Shown piece after piece: positions 14,315-30,600 of a stretch of 64,000 nt of DNA; the stretch's first letter is position 1; every line of letters starts with the position of its first letter. A model generated the notes under the pieces. It was not told the origin of the DNA, ran no database searches, and worked only from the letters and a program-made list of their open reading frames with translations. Position numbers and translations under genes: made by a program. Source of the stretch: Paraspadella gotoi (lineage: Eukaryota > Animalia > Chaetognatha); assembly GCA_051294375.1 (NCBI GenBank), contig JBJCIZ010000239.1, positions 1,754,581 to 1,818,580 on the forward strand, given 5' to 3'.

Positions 14315-14843
14315 CACGAAAGTGTTTTGTCTTCCTTTTTAATTTTACTAAAAGTAATCATTATAAGGGGTCATAATTAGCAAAGAAAATGGTAATTAGT
14401 AAAGTCAAATCGTCAATTTGATGAATTTAAATTGTGAACTTCTTAATAAAAAATGAAAAAAATACAGAAATAGATCGAAATTCACTATCGGCAATGAAAA
14501 AAAAAACATAAAAACGAACTATTGAATCCAGAAAATTAGGGAACCGCGTTGTACAAAATATACAAATTTAAATCTTCACTAAAAAGGGGAATCTACTAAC
14601 TGCGAACCGATTAAACCATTCTTATCCGTTAAAAAAAGGTGTTTTTTTTATTTCGTTCGTCCATCGTCTCCAGTCAAGTGAAAACGAAAAGCGCAAGACT
14701 AGCATCGAACAAGAATCGACAAACTGCAACGCATCGTCAAATCTGGAATGTATTCATCCCCCACTTTAATCTTCCCGCCCAACGAAGGGCAACCCGCCGC
14801 GTTCGGAGGCGGAGTCGGAGGCGGGTTGGATCGAAAGCCGAGT

Positions 14844-15638
14844 TTAAACAGTTCGCTTCTTGTACTCGATTCGCTCGACTCTGACGTCGCCGGCGATGAG
14901 TTGGTAGATGTAGGTGACCACCGTCGAAGACTGAATGTCCAACAGGACGAAAGACGGCGTCGTTTCGCTGGATAAGTTTCAATGTTTGAAGGGTGAATTA
15001 AAAGAGGTAAGTAAAGAAAATAGATGGAACCAAAAGGGCGGCCTCACCTATCCAGCGCGTTCCAGGCGCCGGTGGCGGATCCAGGGTTGATGAAAAACTT
15101 GGTCTCGTGTTCGTAGGCTTCGAATTTGTGGGTGTGGCCGCTGATGAGGATGTCCACGTCAAGTTGGCGGCAGACGAGGGCGAGGGACTCGAGATCGCCC
15201 CAAGGGACCACCTGAGAGGGACGGAGATGTAAAATGAAAAAACACATCGACGTCACTAACATGTCAATAACGTATTATAGTAATCTTATATCCTCACTTG
15301 GTGTCCGTGACAGATTCCTATCCTGAACTGTCCTACCGTGACGACCTTTTGTTCTGGCCACGACAAGTTCTTTTTGAGAGAGAAAGGCAAAAAAAAATGC
15401 GTCAATACCGAATCATTTTAGAAATTTTTAACCTTATTTTTACCTCGTCAAAATCCCCTCTCACGACATGGACGTCGCTGGCCAACGTTTTCAGGTAATC
15501 GAATGTCTCTTTAGTGCACAAGTTTCCTGTGCACAAGATGTGCTGAATTTTTCCAGGGACCAAGAGTTTTTTAAACTTGGCGTGCATCGCGTTGCACCGA
15601 TGGGGGATGTGAAAGTCGCCGAGAACGAGGACCAACAT
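14844..15638 (-). CDS. VPS29: Retromer subunit VPS29
   Basis: [15 protein letters not shown]...[19 protein letters not shown]...VRGDFDE; QVVPWGD...[30 protein letters not shown]; [20 protein letters not shown]. Confidence 0.97.
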
Positions 15639-15914
15639 TTTCGGGGTTTTTTTTTGTGTGTGTTTTGTTTTGTTTGCTAATTTCGCTGTAAATAACAAGA
15701 GTGTATAAAAAACATGTATCTACGTACGTAAAACCTGGTAAGTATATAATTTATACTGCAATAACCAAGAGAAATCAAAAACTATGACAAACGGCAAAAA
15801 ATAAATAATAAAAGCAACCGTTTCAAAACACCATTAAGAGAGACGATGTTATAAAAGCATAAGGCACAATTTCGGTAAGTAATTTCGTCCATCGTCGTAA
15901 GTCATTGTCATTTA

Positions 15915-19690
<3,776 letters not shown>

Positions 19691-19816
19691 CGTTTCAAGG
19701 GGTTCATTATAATTAGCGACTATCGCGTCGAGACATAATTGTTAATACTAAGGCATTTATAATTAACTGTAAAAATAACTTAATTTAAAAACAACAAAGA
19801 ATATATATCACGCTAT

Positions 19817-22625
19817 TCAATCTCTTTTTGGCGAATCGACAGTCGGTTCGTTTTTTTCATTGAGCAAAATGTCATTTCGATAAGACTTGATGATGAATCT
19901 GATGATGTAACAGTTGGTGAGAAAAAAAGCGATGCTGGCCAACAGAATGTAAACAAAGGTCGATTTGCCGCGGAATTCGAGCAAGTAGGCGGACAACAAC
20001 CATGCGCATTGATTGCCTAGGGTTAACTATATTTGTTAAAGGCCCTGATTACGAATATTAATTTAACACAAAAACTCACCTGACCAAAGAAAAGTGAGCA
20101 AAGTGGCTTTGGATCGTTTGAGATTCAAGTAAGGAATCAAAAGCGGTAGGAGACTTAAATACCAGATGAAATACTGTAATAATTGGCATAAAGGGAGGAA
20201 AAAGATAATATTGTAAGGAAAAATTATAAGTTATAATCAAAAATATAAGTTACATATTGCAGTACTATAGACTTCCGTGTCAAGCGAGTTTCAGATAATT
20301 TATTTCTCCCGTCAAAAAAATATTAATCCCTCTTCTTAATAAGCATGAGAATTTACTCAGAGGGTATCTTTTCTTAAAATTATCATTTATCATCAGATAA
20401 ATAAGACCATCTTTAATTTCCCCGGATTACAAATTACAATTCTAGGAAAAAAGTATATCACATTTTAGTCATAAGGTCATTGTCTTTTATGTCACTTTAT
20501 GTCGTTATATGTAACCTGTGTTTTTATTATTTTTGAAATAAAAAAAATTTAAAAAAAATCACATTTTTAGTAGAGGATATCTACCTGAAAACTTATTTGA
20601 TTTTAAAAGAATCAGAATGTTTTCGAATCTACATTGAATTTCCTTTCAGTAGCTTCCTTCCATTTTTTTGTAGGTCAGATCGTTTAGAAGTTACAGGCAA
20701 AAAAAGATCGCTACTTCAAATGAAAAATGACGAAAAAAATTATCTTTAATTTTCTACCATTTTTGGTATTTAGTTATTTGTTTTTATTTCAAATAGAGTC
20801 AATAATTGTTATATATTTTTTTAATTTAGCAATGCTATAGGCATTGCACCATTTTTTGTTAAAAAAAGTACCATTATAGCTCTCAGAAAAGAGGGAAAAA
20901 CGCGCAACATCAATATTGTGGCTGAAAAGAATTGCATTAAAGATGTAGAAAAACATTTCAATGAGAGCATGCTCAGACGAATACAGGCAGTAATCGATAC
21001 TGAAGGAGGACATATCAAATATTGAGAATATTTTACCCATGTTTTGTATATTTTTTATTGAATAAATAAACTTTTCAACAATAACGTGATACTTTTTTCC
21101 TAGATAGCATTTTATTTTTAAATAAAAGCTTTCGGCGTGATCGATTTGATTCTAATCGTTTTTCTTTTCCTTCGGGTTTTTTTGTTTTTTTTTAAGAAAA
21201 AAAAAAGCTTGCTTACTTGAGAAGTCACGACCTTGTTGAACGTGACAAAGACGGCCGTGTTAACGAAGAACACGAGTTCCAAGTGTCGATGATAATCCAG
21301 CGAGATCTTCAACAACAGGAGACATTGAGGAAGAAACGCCAACAAAGACAACGCGCCGGAAAGAGCGTTCTCGTCGGTGAGATAAATCATGAGGTAGTAG
21401 AGACTGAAGTTGTGCCGGATATCTTTGCGACTAACGTAATGAAGTCGCGTTATATAATCCACGTATATATTGTATAATCTTATCCCCTCGTTTCCTTACC
21501 CGACGTGATACAAATACGTTTGCGACAAAAACTCGTGCCCGTACAAAACGTAACAAGTCCCCGTCGCGACGAGGAAAACCGACGCCGAGACGACGACGAA
21601 CGCGAGTTGCGATTTGTTCGGCGCGAAAATCGTTCGCCAGATTTTGTTCTCTTCGTTCCGTTTCCCGATTCGATCGAGGCCCAGATTGATGTAGAGCGGG
21701 AGGGCGTAAATTATCGGGTAGATTTTCGAATGAACGGCCAACCCGTAGAAAACGGCGGAGAGGAATACTCGGTCTAGGGAATGGACCAAAACGAGAAAAC
21801 GAAGCAGGAACTTCGTTTCTAAAATCTTATGTAGTTTCTCTCTGTTTTTTTCCCCTTTGTTTTCCCCTCAACGAACCTTTCTTTCTAAAATAGAGAACGG
21901 CGAGTACGAGGGAGGCTAGGATGGCTTCGGCGTTGCCCCTCGTAGACACGGTGAAGCAGACCGGATTGAAGAGCCACAGAATCGCGCTCAGCAACGACGA
22001 GGATTCCGACGCGCCGTTAGTACGAGAGATGCGGTAGAGTAGATACCCTAATTAACGGTGGATACTCCAAGATATACCGACGAAGTTCTAAGCGTTCAAC
22101 TACCAACGCTACTCCATACATAAGACGATGGGTAATTGGCTATTGGCTCATCCCCCAAATGAATACGACCCCAAGACCTTTTCCTCTACCTGTGACAACG
22201 TCGAAAACGCTAAACACTATCTTGCCCCAAATGGGCGACAGAAAGATGTTGGGCAGTAAAACGAAAGCCAAAAGGGGCGTGTATCTGTAGGTGGGGCTTT
22301 GGTAGGGCGATTTTCCCTCGGACATGAAGGTCGCCGCTTCGGTGAAGACTTGATAATCGATATCTGGATTTCATTATGATAATCTTTATAGTTTATTTCA
22401 CAAAGTTTCGATTAAGTTTTCACAACTGTCTACCTTTGCCATAAATTATGCTTTCTGACTAATCTCCTACGTAGTTATCGCATTCAAAGTAAAGTAAAGG
22501 TTACAGACTCACGCAGACTCACCAGTGTATTTGACTGCATGACGAGCATCGTGATAACAGCCGTAACCAATCATCAACGCGCGCAATAAGATCGACAAAA
22601 TTGACAATTTAACGACGCGATGCAT
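19817..22625 (-). CDS. PIGM: GPI mannosyltransferase I
   Basis: VKYTDIDYQVFTEAA...SPYQSPTYRYTPLLAF...WGKIVF; WLFNPVCFTVSTRGNAEA; YGLAVHSKIYPIIY; RKDIRHNFSLYY; FVTFNKVVTSQYFIWY; AYLLEFRG. Confidence 0.95.
20437..21107 (+). mobile_element. Non-autonomous Tc1/mariner derivative (copy 1) in a PIGM intron
   Basis: Imperfect TIRs ctaggaaaaaagtatatcac...gtgatacttttttcctagatag; retains the Tc1 transposase C-terminus SMLRRIQAVIDTEGGHIKY-stop (~20967-21025); homologous to 57674-58146. Confidence 0.85.
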
Positions 22626-22859
22626 TGTTTAAGTTTTTAAATCGTCTTATTTAAATCCTTCGGACAAAAAAAATGAAGAGAGAGACTAGTACAGAAAAAC
22701 GAAAAAAGGCGACAGAAACCGTGTACGATAAGCGCAAAAATATTATTACGCAAGAAATAAATAAGCAAAAATAGTTTGTTTTTTTGTCAAGTTTTTTTTT
22801 CACAGATTTTTGTCTTCCGTTGTTGATTAGCTTTCACAATTCACATCTTTCGTTATTCA

Positions 22860-24579
22860 TTAATGAGGTTCGGTAAATATGATCTCGGGGATTTGTCCGT
22901 GTTCCACGTTCGTCCCGTTGGATCCGTCCATTGAATTGAGGAAAGTAAAGGTGACGGTGTCCGCTTCGCATCGATCCTTACCGTCCATTCCTTTGAAGAG
23001 AGGGAAAGGGAAGAGATAAAAATAAATTGAATTCTTGTTAGTAAATACAATGAAATATATAAATATTGTTGAGGAAACTAAATCATTATTAAACATTACT
23101 AATCAAAAGCCGAACCAAAAGATATGAAAAATAATTTAAACTCTACAATATGCAAATGAGATTGAAAAACTATCTCATTAGAAATAGACAAGGAAAACTC
23201 AACGTTCGATTCTTAAAAAGTTTTTATGCCTCATATATGTCTTATATAATATATATGCCTTATCCATCACTTCCAGGCTTTTCGGTCGAAATCAAAGAGT
23301 AGATCATCCACTATTCAATGATCAATCGTTACCTTTACGAAAATAAAAACCTTTTTTAAAAAAAAGTCATCTTTATTCATCGACTCATCCTTCATCTTTA
23401 GTTTCCCTTCTCCAACATCTTCGGTTTCCCTGCTTCCGGAGTGAGAGAAAGTAATTCCCAATTCACAAAAATCATTCATCCATTCCTTCTCACGACTAGG
23501 AGCGACACGAGACTTTTTCAGTGTCTTCACGACCCGGATTCTTCCTTCACAATTCACATGAGGTCATTCCATCCATTCGAGTCGCACATCTCACGGAAGG
23601 GAAGCTTCACCGATCCGCCCATTCACCGTAATAAGACTGAGCGCCGTTGAGAATGACGCAGGCCGAGTAGAGGACGTCGGCGTTGATCTCGACGGGATTG
23701 TCGAACTTGACTCGGTAGGTGGGTTCGTCCTCGGGGCAGTGGGCCGTGATGCGTTGGTGAGTCTCGGCGATCACGTTGCCCTGGTACATGAGCTGGGCGG
23801 TGACGACGTGACAGGCGCAGCCTTGGGCCCAGCCGTAGAGGCCAAAGCCGACGATGGCCACTTTGCGAGAGGCCTTGAAGGCGATGGAGTGGAGGCCTGG
23901 GGAGAGGTAAAAAAGGGGAAGTGGTGGAGTGGGTTGAGAGAGAGAAGGTGAGTATTCGATTTTGTCCCCGGGGATGTTTCGGGATTCCTCACAGGATCCG
24001 AGAAACCGTAAAAAGATCGATCGAATTTTAACTCCGTAAAAAGTTTAAAAACTAAAAAAAAATCTGTAAAAATTTTTATTTCTCTCTCACTCTCTCTCTC
24101 TCTCTCAGAACCAGAGGCTCCTCTCCCCCCCTCAATAACAATAAAAATGACTTCGCATTTCGCACTCGGGGAAAAAGTCAGTGAAACATGACACTGTATT
24201 TTTGTTTTGCCAGGCTCCAGCAGCATTTTGAAAAATAATAAAAAAAAGCAATAAAGCAATTACATCTACTGTCGGGGTTTGGGACCTCGACTGTATTTTT
24301 CAACGGCGACGACGGGAAATTGGATTCTCGCGGAGATTAGATTAAACCCTTCGCGTTGTTCCATTTCGTCGTCGTTGTCAAATAAACAACAGTCAGCGAG
24401 CCGTTGCTGCTGCTTCCCCCTTTTTTTCGTCTATCATGTGGTATTAGGTCACGGGGCACTTCGGGATTCAGCTCGACCCTCTCGATCTCAAGATGTGAGA
24501 GATCGAAGTCATGACTTTCCATTTCCTCGACTCATGTTTTTTTCGAGGATCCTGCGCGGAAAAAAAAACACACGTAACA

Positions 24580-24620
<41 letters not shown>

Positions 24621-27600
24621 CGGCGAAAAAGGTCGGAACGGCTTCTCCGGCAAAGTCGGAGACCTCCTCAAATTCTCGATCGAAAAACATCAAAAAAGTT
24701 TCTCCTCCCGACGAGTCCAACCCACATGAATGAGCGGAAAAAAATCGTTCCTCTCTCTCTCTCTCTCTCGTTCTCTAACTCAGTCTCTAACTCTCTCTCG
24801 CGAGTATTTGTTCCTATTTCGACGTCATAAAAGAAAAATACTAAAATTCTATAAGGCGCAATAAATTAAAGCGATATTTACCGATCTTTGGGTCTGCAAG
24901 AAACGAAAACAATCTCGGGGATTCGATCGCGATTTTCCATTTTCCATTTTCGATCTTTTTTCTTTCTTAAATTCTACAGTTTCTTTGTTCTCACTACTTT
25001 TTTTTTTCATCGCATGACGAAGGGGGAACCGAGACGGGCGGCGTGGGTTTTCTTCCGTCGGGGTTAAACGCAACTCTTTGGTCGGTTGGTCGGTCGGCTT
25101 TTTTTTTAATATTATTTTATTTAAAAAAAAAATGAAATGTTTTAAAACAATTTTAAAATTGATAAAAAAGTTGAAATTAATATTATAATAAAGTGTCCAA
25201 GCATTAAACTAGAACTATAGCTACAACATTAAATTATTATTACCACTCCATCTGTTACCCAAAGAACCGCGACCAAAGGACATATCCTGTTTTTTTAAGA
25301 GGAGCAGCGTGGCCTTTGAAAAAAAAAAAAAAATTCAGCTCGGCTCCGCTCACACGATCCTCTAAGAGGAATCATCAGAGATTTTAACTAAAGAAAAACC
25401 CCGAGGATGATAACTCAAGTTTTGCTCATCGTCTCAACGCTGTTTTCGGCGGGGATCAATGCAAGTAAGTTAAGCGCATCCACGTCCTGGGATTAGGATT
25501 GCTCCGTTTGTTTAAAATAATGGTTTTGGTAGAAGAATCCATTCGACTGAGAACCAAGAAGAGTAAGAGCACTGGATGGAACAATAATCGCATTTTCGAT
25601 TTCCACATTGCACTATATTTCCCAATCCAAAACGTTTCATTAGTTATAACAGTCCTCTTGAAAAAGCAAACTCATTATTTAACATTTGTTATGCATAATC
25701 AAATAGATTCTCATCCGCAAAACGCGGAGGCCGGTATTACGTCACCTCGAAATGAAGACACACCTTAACTTACTTCCTTACTTCACTTCCCCAATACCAG
25801 AAATTTTCGACCTGGAACTCAAGACTTGCGACAAGAGCGGCTCCGGTTCAAACGCCTACGTCGACGTTCGCCTCACGGGAACGCTCGCCGACTGCGAACG
25901 CAAGAAGATCAACCAGCTCTCCCTCTACAGGAATAAAAAATCTTCATACGCGATTTCCTGCGCCGATGACGTGGGATTCGTGACCGCGTTGCAACTGCGC
26001 ATCGACAGAAGCGACCAACCTTGCTTCGTCCGCGTCCGATTATTGGATCCCGTCGACAAAGACGTTTGCTTCTTCAGCACAACGTTCGAGAAGGATTTTT
26101 GGATCAAGCAAAAGAATAAGTGGACGGAGAAGATTTCTCAAAGTAAAAGGAGGGAATTTCGAGTGGAACCGTTTTGAGGTCGTTGCTAAGGTTTTCGTTT
26201 TGGACCCGCAGGTTGGGAAGACAGCGAAGAGTCGGTCAAGTTCGGAGGTCCAGTCGGTCATTTCTCAACGACGCACGACTTTAGACGTTGCAAGGTAAAT
26301 ACCCTTAACTAAGGGTACATGCCCTCTACCTATTTTAATAACGCTATACTGACGACTATTGAAAGACACTATATTATTTGTATAAAACCAACAACACGAG
26401 AAATACTAAATATTTACACAGTACGACGCCGTATCTTTTCCTCCCAGATACAATGCGCGTCGACGGCGCCGTCGAAGGGTTGGCGATGGAACCGGATGAA
26501 CGGAAAATGCGAATGCCTCAATCGCATCGAGACTCGTTTCTACGAATCCGTGGACAACTTCATTTCCGGCGCCATCGACAGATGCGCCGACGCCACCTTT
26601 CCGCGTTTTCTCAATTCCTTGAGCCCAGTTTGCGACGGTGAGAGGGATAAGTGGGGGGAGGGTTTGGGGTGATTCATTTTAAATAATTTATTCTTTATTG
26701 TATTACTTTAACTGCCCAAAACATAACGAAAAGAAAGCTGATAGGAAACGGCAGTTTTAACGCAATCCATCTCTTCCACAGAAAACCGATCGAAAAAATT
26801 TAATGCATTTTGTAGTCACCCATTTTGAGTCAAATTAAAATATGTATACTTCAAGAACCCTCTCACCAAAGAAAACTTCGACCGAACTCCTGAGAGATAG
26901 TACAGTGAAATAAATCCTCTCCCTCCCTCAGCCATGAAAAGCGCCGAACGAACCTACGAAAACGGGACGACCTGCCGCATCAAGTGCGTTCGGTTTGAGG
27001 AGAACGACCCCGAGGGCGTCGTCGTCTGCCGCTCCACGGCCGTATGGCGATCCGAGCCAAACTGGGACGTCTTGGCGCCGCCAAACTGCGGACTTCCGGT
27101 CAGTTGGATCGCCGGGCTAACCGTCGGCTCCGCGGTAGGCGTGGGCCTCGTCTGTTTCGTCGTTTATCTAACGTGGAAACGATACGAGTTTAAGAAGCAG
27201 CAGCCGCCGCACACGAAGGGAGGCGGCGGCGACGCGGGAGGAAAGAAAAAGATTCTCAAACACCGAACCAGCTACGTGTTGGCGCTAAAGGACAAGCGCG
27301 ACGACTACGTCGACTTCGGCGTCGTACCAAAAGTCAGTTTCTCCAGAGCGATCTACGAAGCGTCCAACTCCGACTCGGACAGCATCGAGTCGGGTCTGCA
27401 GTTTCGTCTGCAACAGCAGCAGCCGGGGCCTTCTCGCAAGATATCCTTCGGTAGACCAAGGGGAGATCTCAGACGCGGCGGGGACGGAGGAGAAGACGCC
27501 GAGAGATTCCTACCGCCGCTGGGAAACGACGGAGAATCCGTGGGAAGCAAACGGAGGAAACTGTCGACGATCTTCATTTCGCCGCATGCCTTTCAGCAAA

Positions 27601-30600
27601 CGCAGCCAAAAGACTTGCTCCGGCGACTGAGTCGAGAGCTTCCATCTACTCTAGTCTTCACGGACGACGGCGCCGTCGCGAGATCGCCGCCGCAAAGAAC
27701 GCCGCGAGAACGGCGATTGACGCCGGCTCAGGGTTCGCTCGTGGATTCTACCGACATCTTCGAAGCCAACCAGCGCACTTTCGCCGCCAAACCGGCCGCC
27801 TTTATCAAAAGCGAGCAGACGTTCGAGAGGGGTCAAAACGCCTTCAAGAAAGGCCCCAGCACCTTTGAGAGAGGGCAGAACGCCTTCAAAGTCGGGCCCG
27901 ACACTTTCGAGCAAAACCAAAAGACATTTCTCGACGGTCAAAACATGTTTCAAGAAGGGAGGGAAGTGTTCAAGACGAGCAACGACGCGTTCCAAGCTGG
28001 ACAGCGGCGTTTCGATCGCGGCAAGGAAGCCTTCGAGCAGGGACAGACCCGGTTTCAACGGACGCGCGGGTCGACGGATGCTTTGGGAGACAGCGACATC
28101 GGACTCAATGTCGGAGGGACGGCGAAGGCTAAAAAGAAGATTTCGGACGCGTCCTTCGCGAGCGTCAAAACTGTTGCTTGAATTTAAAAGTCTTTTTTAT
28201 AGCACATTTGGTTGTTACGTGTTGCATGACATTTTTTTGTAAAGAATGTAAAAATTGCCATATTACAAAATTTTTAACCTTCTCGCACGACTTCGTTGTG
28301 GATGAGACAGTGCAGAAAAAACAAAGTGAAAAAACTTTCTATTATTTAATAATGTCGCCGCTTAGCCGTTGCAAGTAAGATTTATGGGCCCTTCCATAAT
28401 TAAGCGTTTTAACTGAACTAGTTAAAAATGTGAAAAAAGCCTACAACGAAATACAGTATGACAAAAAGGTTTAGAATTTGATAAAAAATACGTTTAATAA
28501 TTACATTTATAAATAAGTAAGCCGTTTTGCCGTTGCTAGTAGGATTTAACGAATGTTCTGTGGTGGTATTTTCACACCACCTCACGTCCACGATCATTCA
28601 GCCAATACCATTGGCTCAGAGGGGGAACACACCATCCCAGGCGTTGTGTTCCATCCACAGTCCTAACGACTTCCGTCTGCGTTGGCAAAGCGAGACCGTC
28701 CTAGGGTAACAGCGCCAGTGACTGGATGCGTCACTGAGGGTCGGAAGCCCCCAAAGCCAGCAGTGAGATGCCCCATCCCAATGGGCATCACAGGCAACCC
28801 GGCGGTTGCCATAAGTGGTGGACGTGAGGTGGTGTGAATATATCACCCCCGTTCCATAATTAAGCCTCAATCGTCAAAAATGTAAAAAATTCAAAAATGC
28901 AACACGATACATACAATGCAATAAAGTAGAAAAACTTAGGATTTAATAATAGTAAGAAAAATAGGAGATTTCGGTCTCACCCTCAAACCACAACTCACCG
29001 TAAAACGTGCTGGAGACGTGAAGAAAGTAAGGAAATCTCCGGCAGCGACGCTCGGTGCCGACCTTGCGGCGCGGCTCGCAGATAAACTCGAGATTTCCCG
29101 GTTTGTCGTCGGCGGTGAAGTACTGGAACATCTTGACGCACTCCTCGGCCGTGAGAAGGCCCGACTTGGAGACCCGGTTGGAGAAGTCGGCCAAAGAGAT
29201 GGTCGGCACGCGGATCATGTGAAGGACGGGGCCCAGCATTTTCCGCTTCTGATCCGGGGTCGGTTCGAGGCCGCGGCGGAGGCATTCGGCGGCGGCCCAG
29301 CGGACGGACGCCTTTTTTTTGGAAGGGGGTGTTTGACGGTATTGACGAACGTTGTCATTAACATCGTCATTATTCCTCGTTACCTCGAATAACTTAATCT
29401 CTGGAATGGAAAGGGCGTCTCGTGACACGAGCGACTGGAGGGTGAGATGGTCGACCTCGAGGAAGCCTTCAGAGTTGAGGACCTCTTCCGTGTGGAGGTC
29501 GATGTCCCTCAGGCATTTCTCCGCCAGTTCCTCTTCGTCGTAGAGTTTGGACTAAAAATCGACATTTAAAATTAACAATCAGTAGATCAAAATTAACCAC
29601 ACAACTAAATATCAATCAGTTTTAAAGAAAGGCAAGGATTCCGAAGAAATTAAACGACGAAAAAGTCTATTTTAGAATATTGAATGAAGTTTTCAAAACT
29701 GCCATACCACGAAAATTATAAGCATTCTATTCAATCACAATGAAAGACAAGCACTTAAATGTCATTCAGTATTCACGTCTCTTCACCTGCATCAGAATGA
29801 CGCAGACGTTTTCCGGTTTGAGATTCTTCTCCAAATAATTGATGCACTCGTTGGCCAATGGGTTAACCATGTACTTTTTGGCGGCGTACAACGTCGGCAA
29901 AACGGATTCCGGCTCAAGATTGATTTCCTGTCGAAGTAACAAATAGAAACGAGATGTCGATCTTATTTTTCGTCGTGGATAGCTATTTTCAATGGGTCCG
30001 TCTGTTGTTTTAATTTTTACCATACTCCCAGAATAGGTTAACAAAATAAATGCAAACGAAATTTACTTTCGGATTATAATCCGAGATATTCGATTCACTG
30101 TGGAAATTTACTTATCTTAACCGCATCACAAAATCATTAATGGCGTAATTACTAATTAGGCTTACTATTTTACCTCGCTGTAAATGTAGCGAAGCATCGC
30201 CATAAAAGCCTCGGGATCCACGTCGGGCACCATGATTTCGTCGCCGTCTGGAGAAAGTGAGAAATAGTAGGAGACGATTTCAAACCAATTAAAATTTTCC
30301 AAAATTTTTTTTTTTTCATAAAAAGTTGATATAAAAATATTTCATTAAGTTGTCAAAAATCGGAAAAAACCTATATTTTAAGCTGAAAATTTATTTTGTC
30401 CATTCAATATAGTTTTTTAAATTTTTAACCCTACTTAATGAAAAAAAATTTAAAAATGATTTATATTTTTTTATAGACTTTTGACGAAAAATTCAAATTA
30501 AAATTTAAAAAATCCCATTTTGAAATTTTAGAAATATAGGGTTCTGCGAAAATTAAAAAACATAAAATTAATTTATTTAATATATTATGTTCACTGGTGG

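Noticed and set aside
28590-28620. Hammerhead ribozyme on the minus strand of the structured element (CUGAAUGA)
   Set aside because: There is no correctly placed GAAA or helix II/III, and the core does not match CUGANGA.
28527-28870. ORFs 28527-28709 (+) and 28616-28870 (-) as proteins
   Set aside because: They are short, use non-ATG starts and have no motifs; the base-pairing pattern explains the sequence better.
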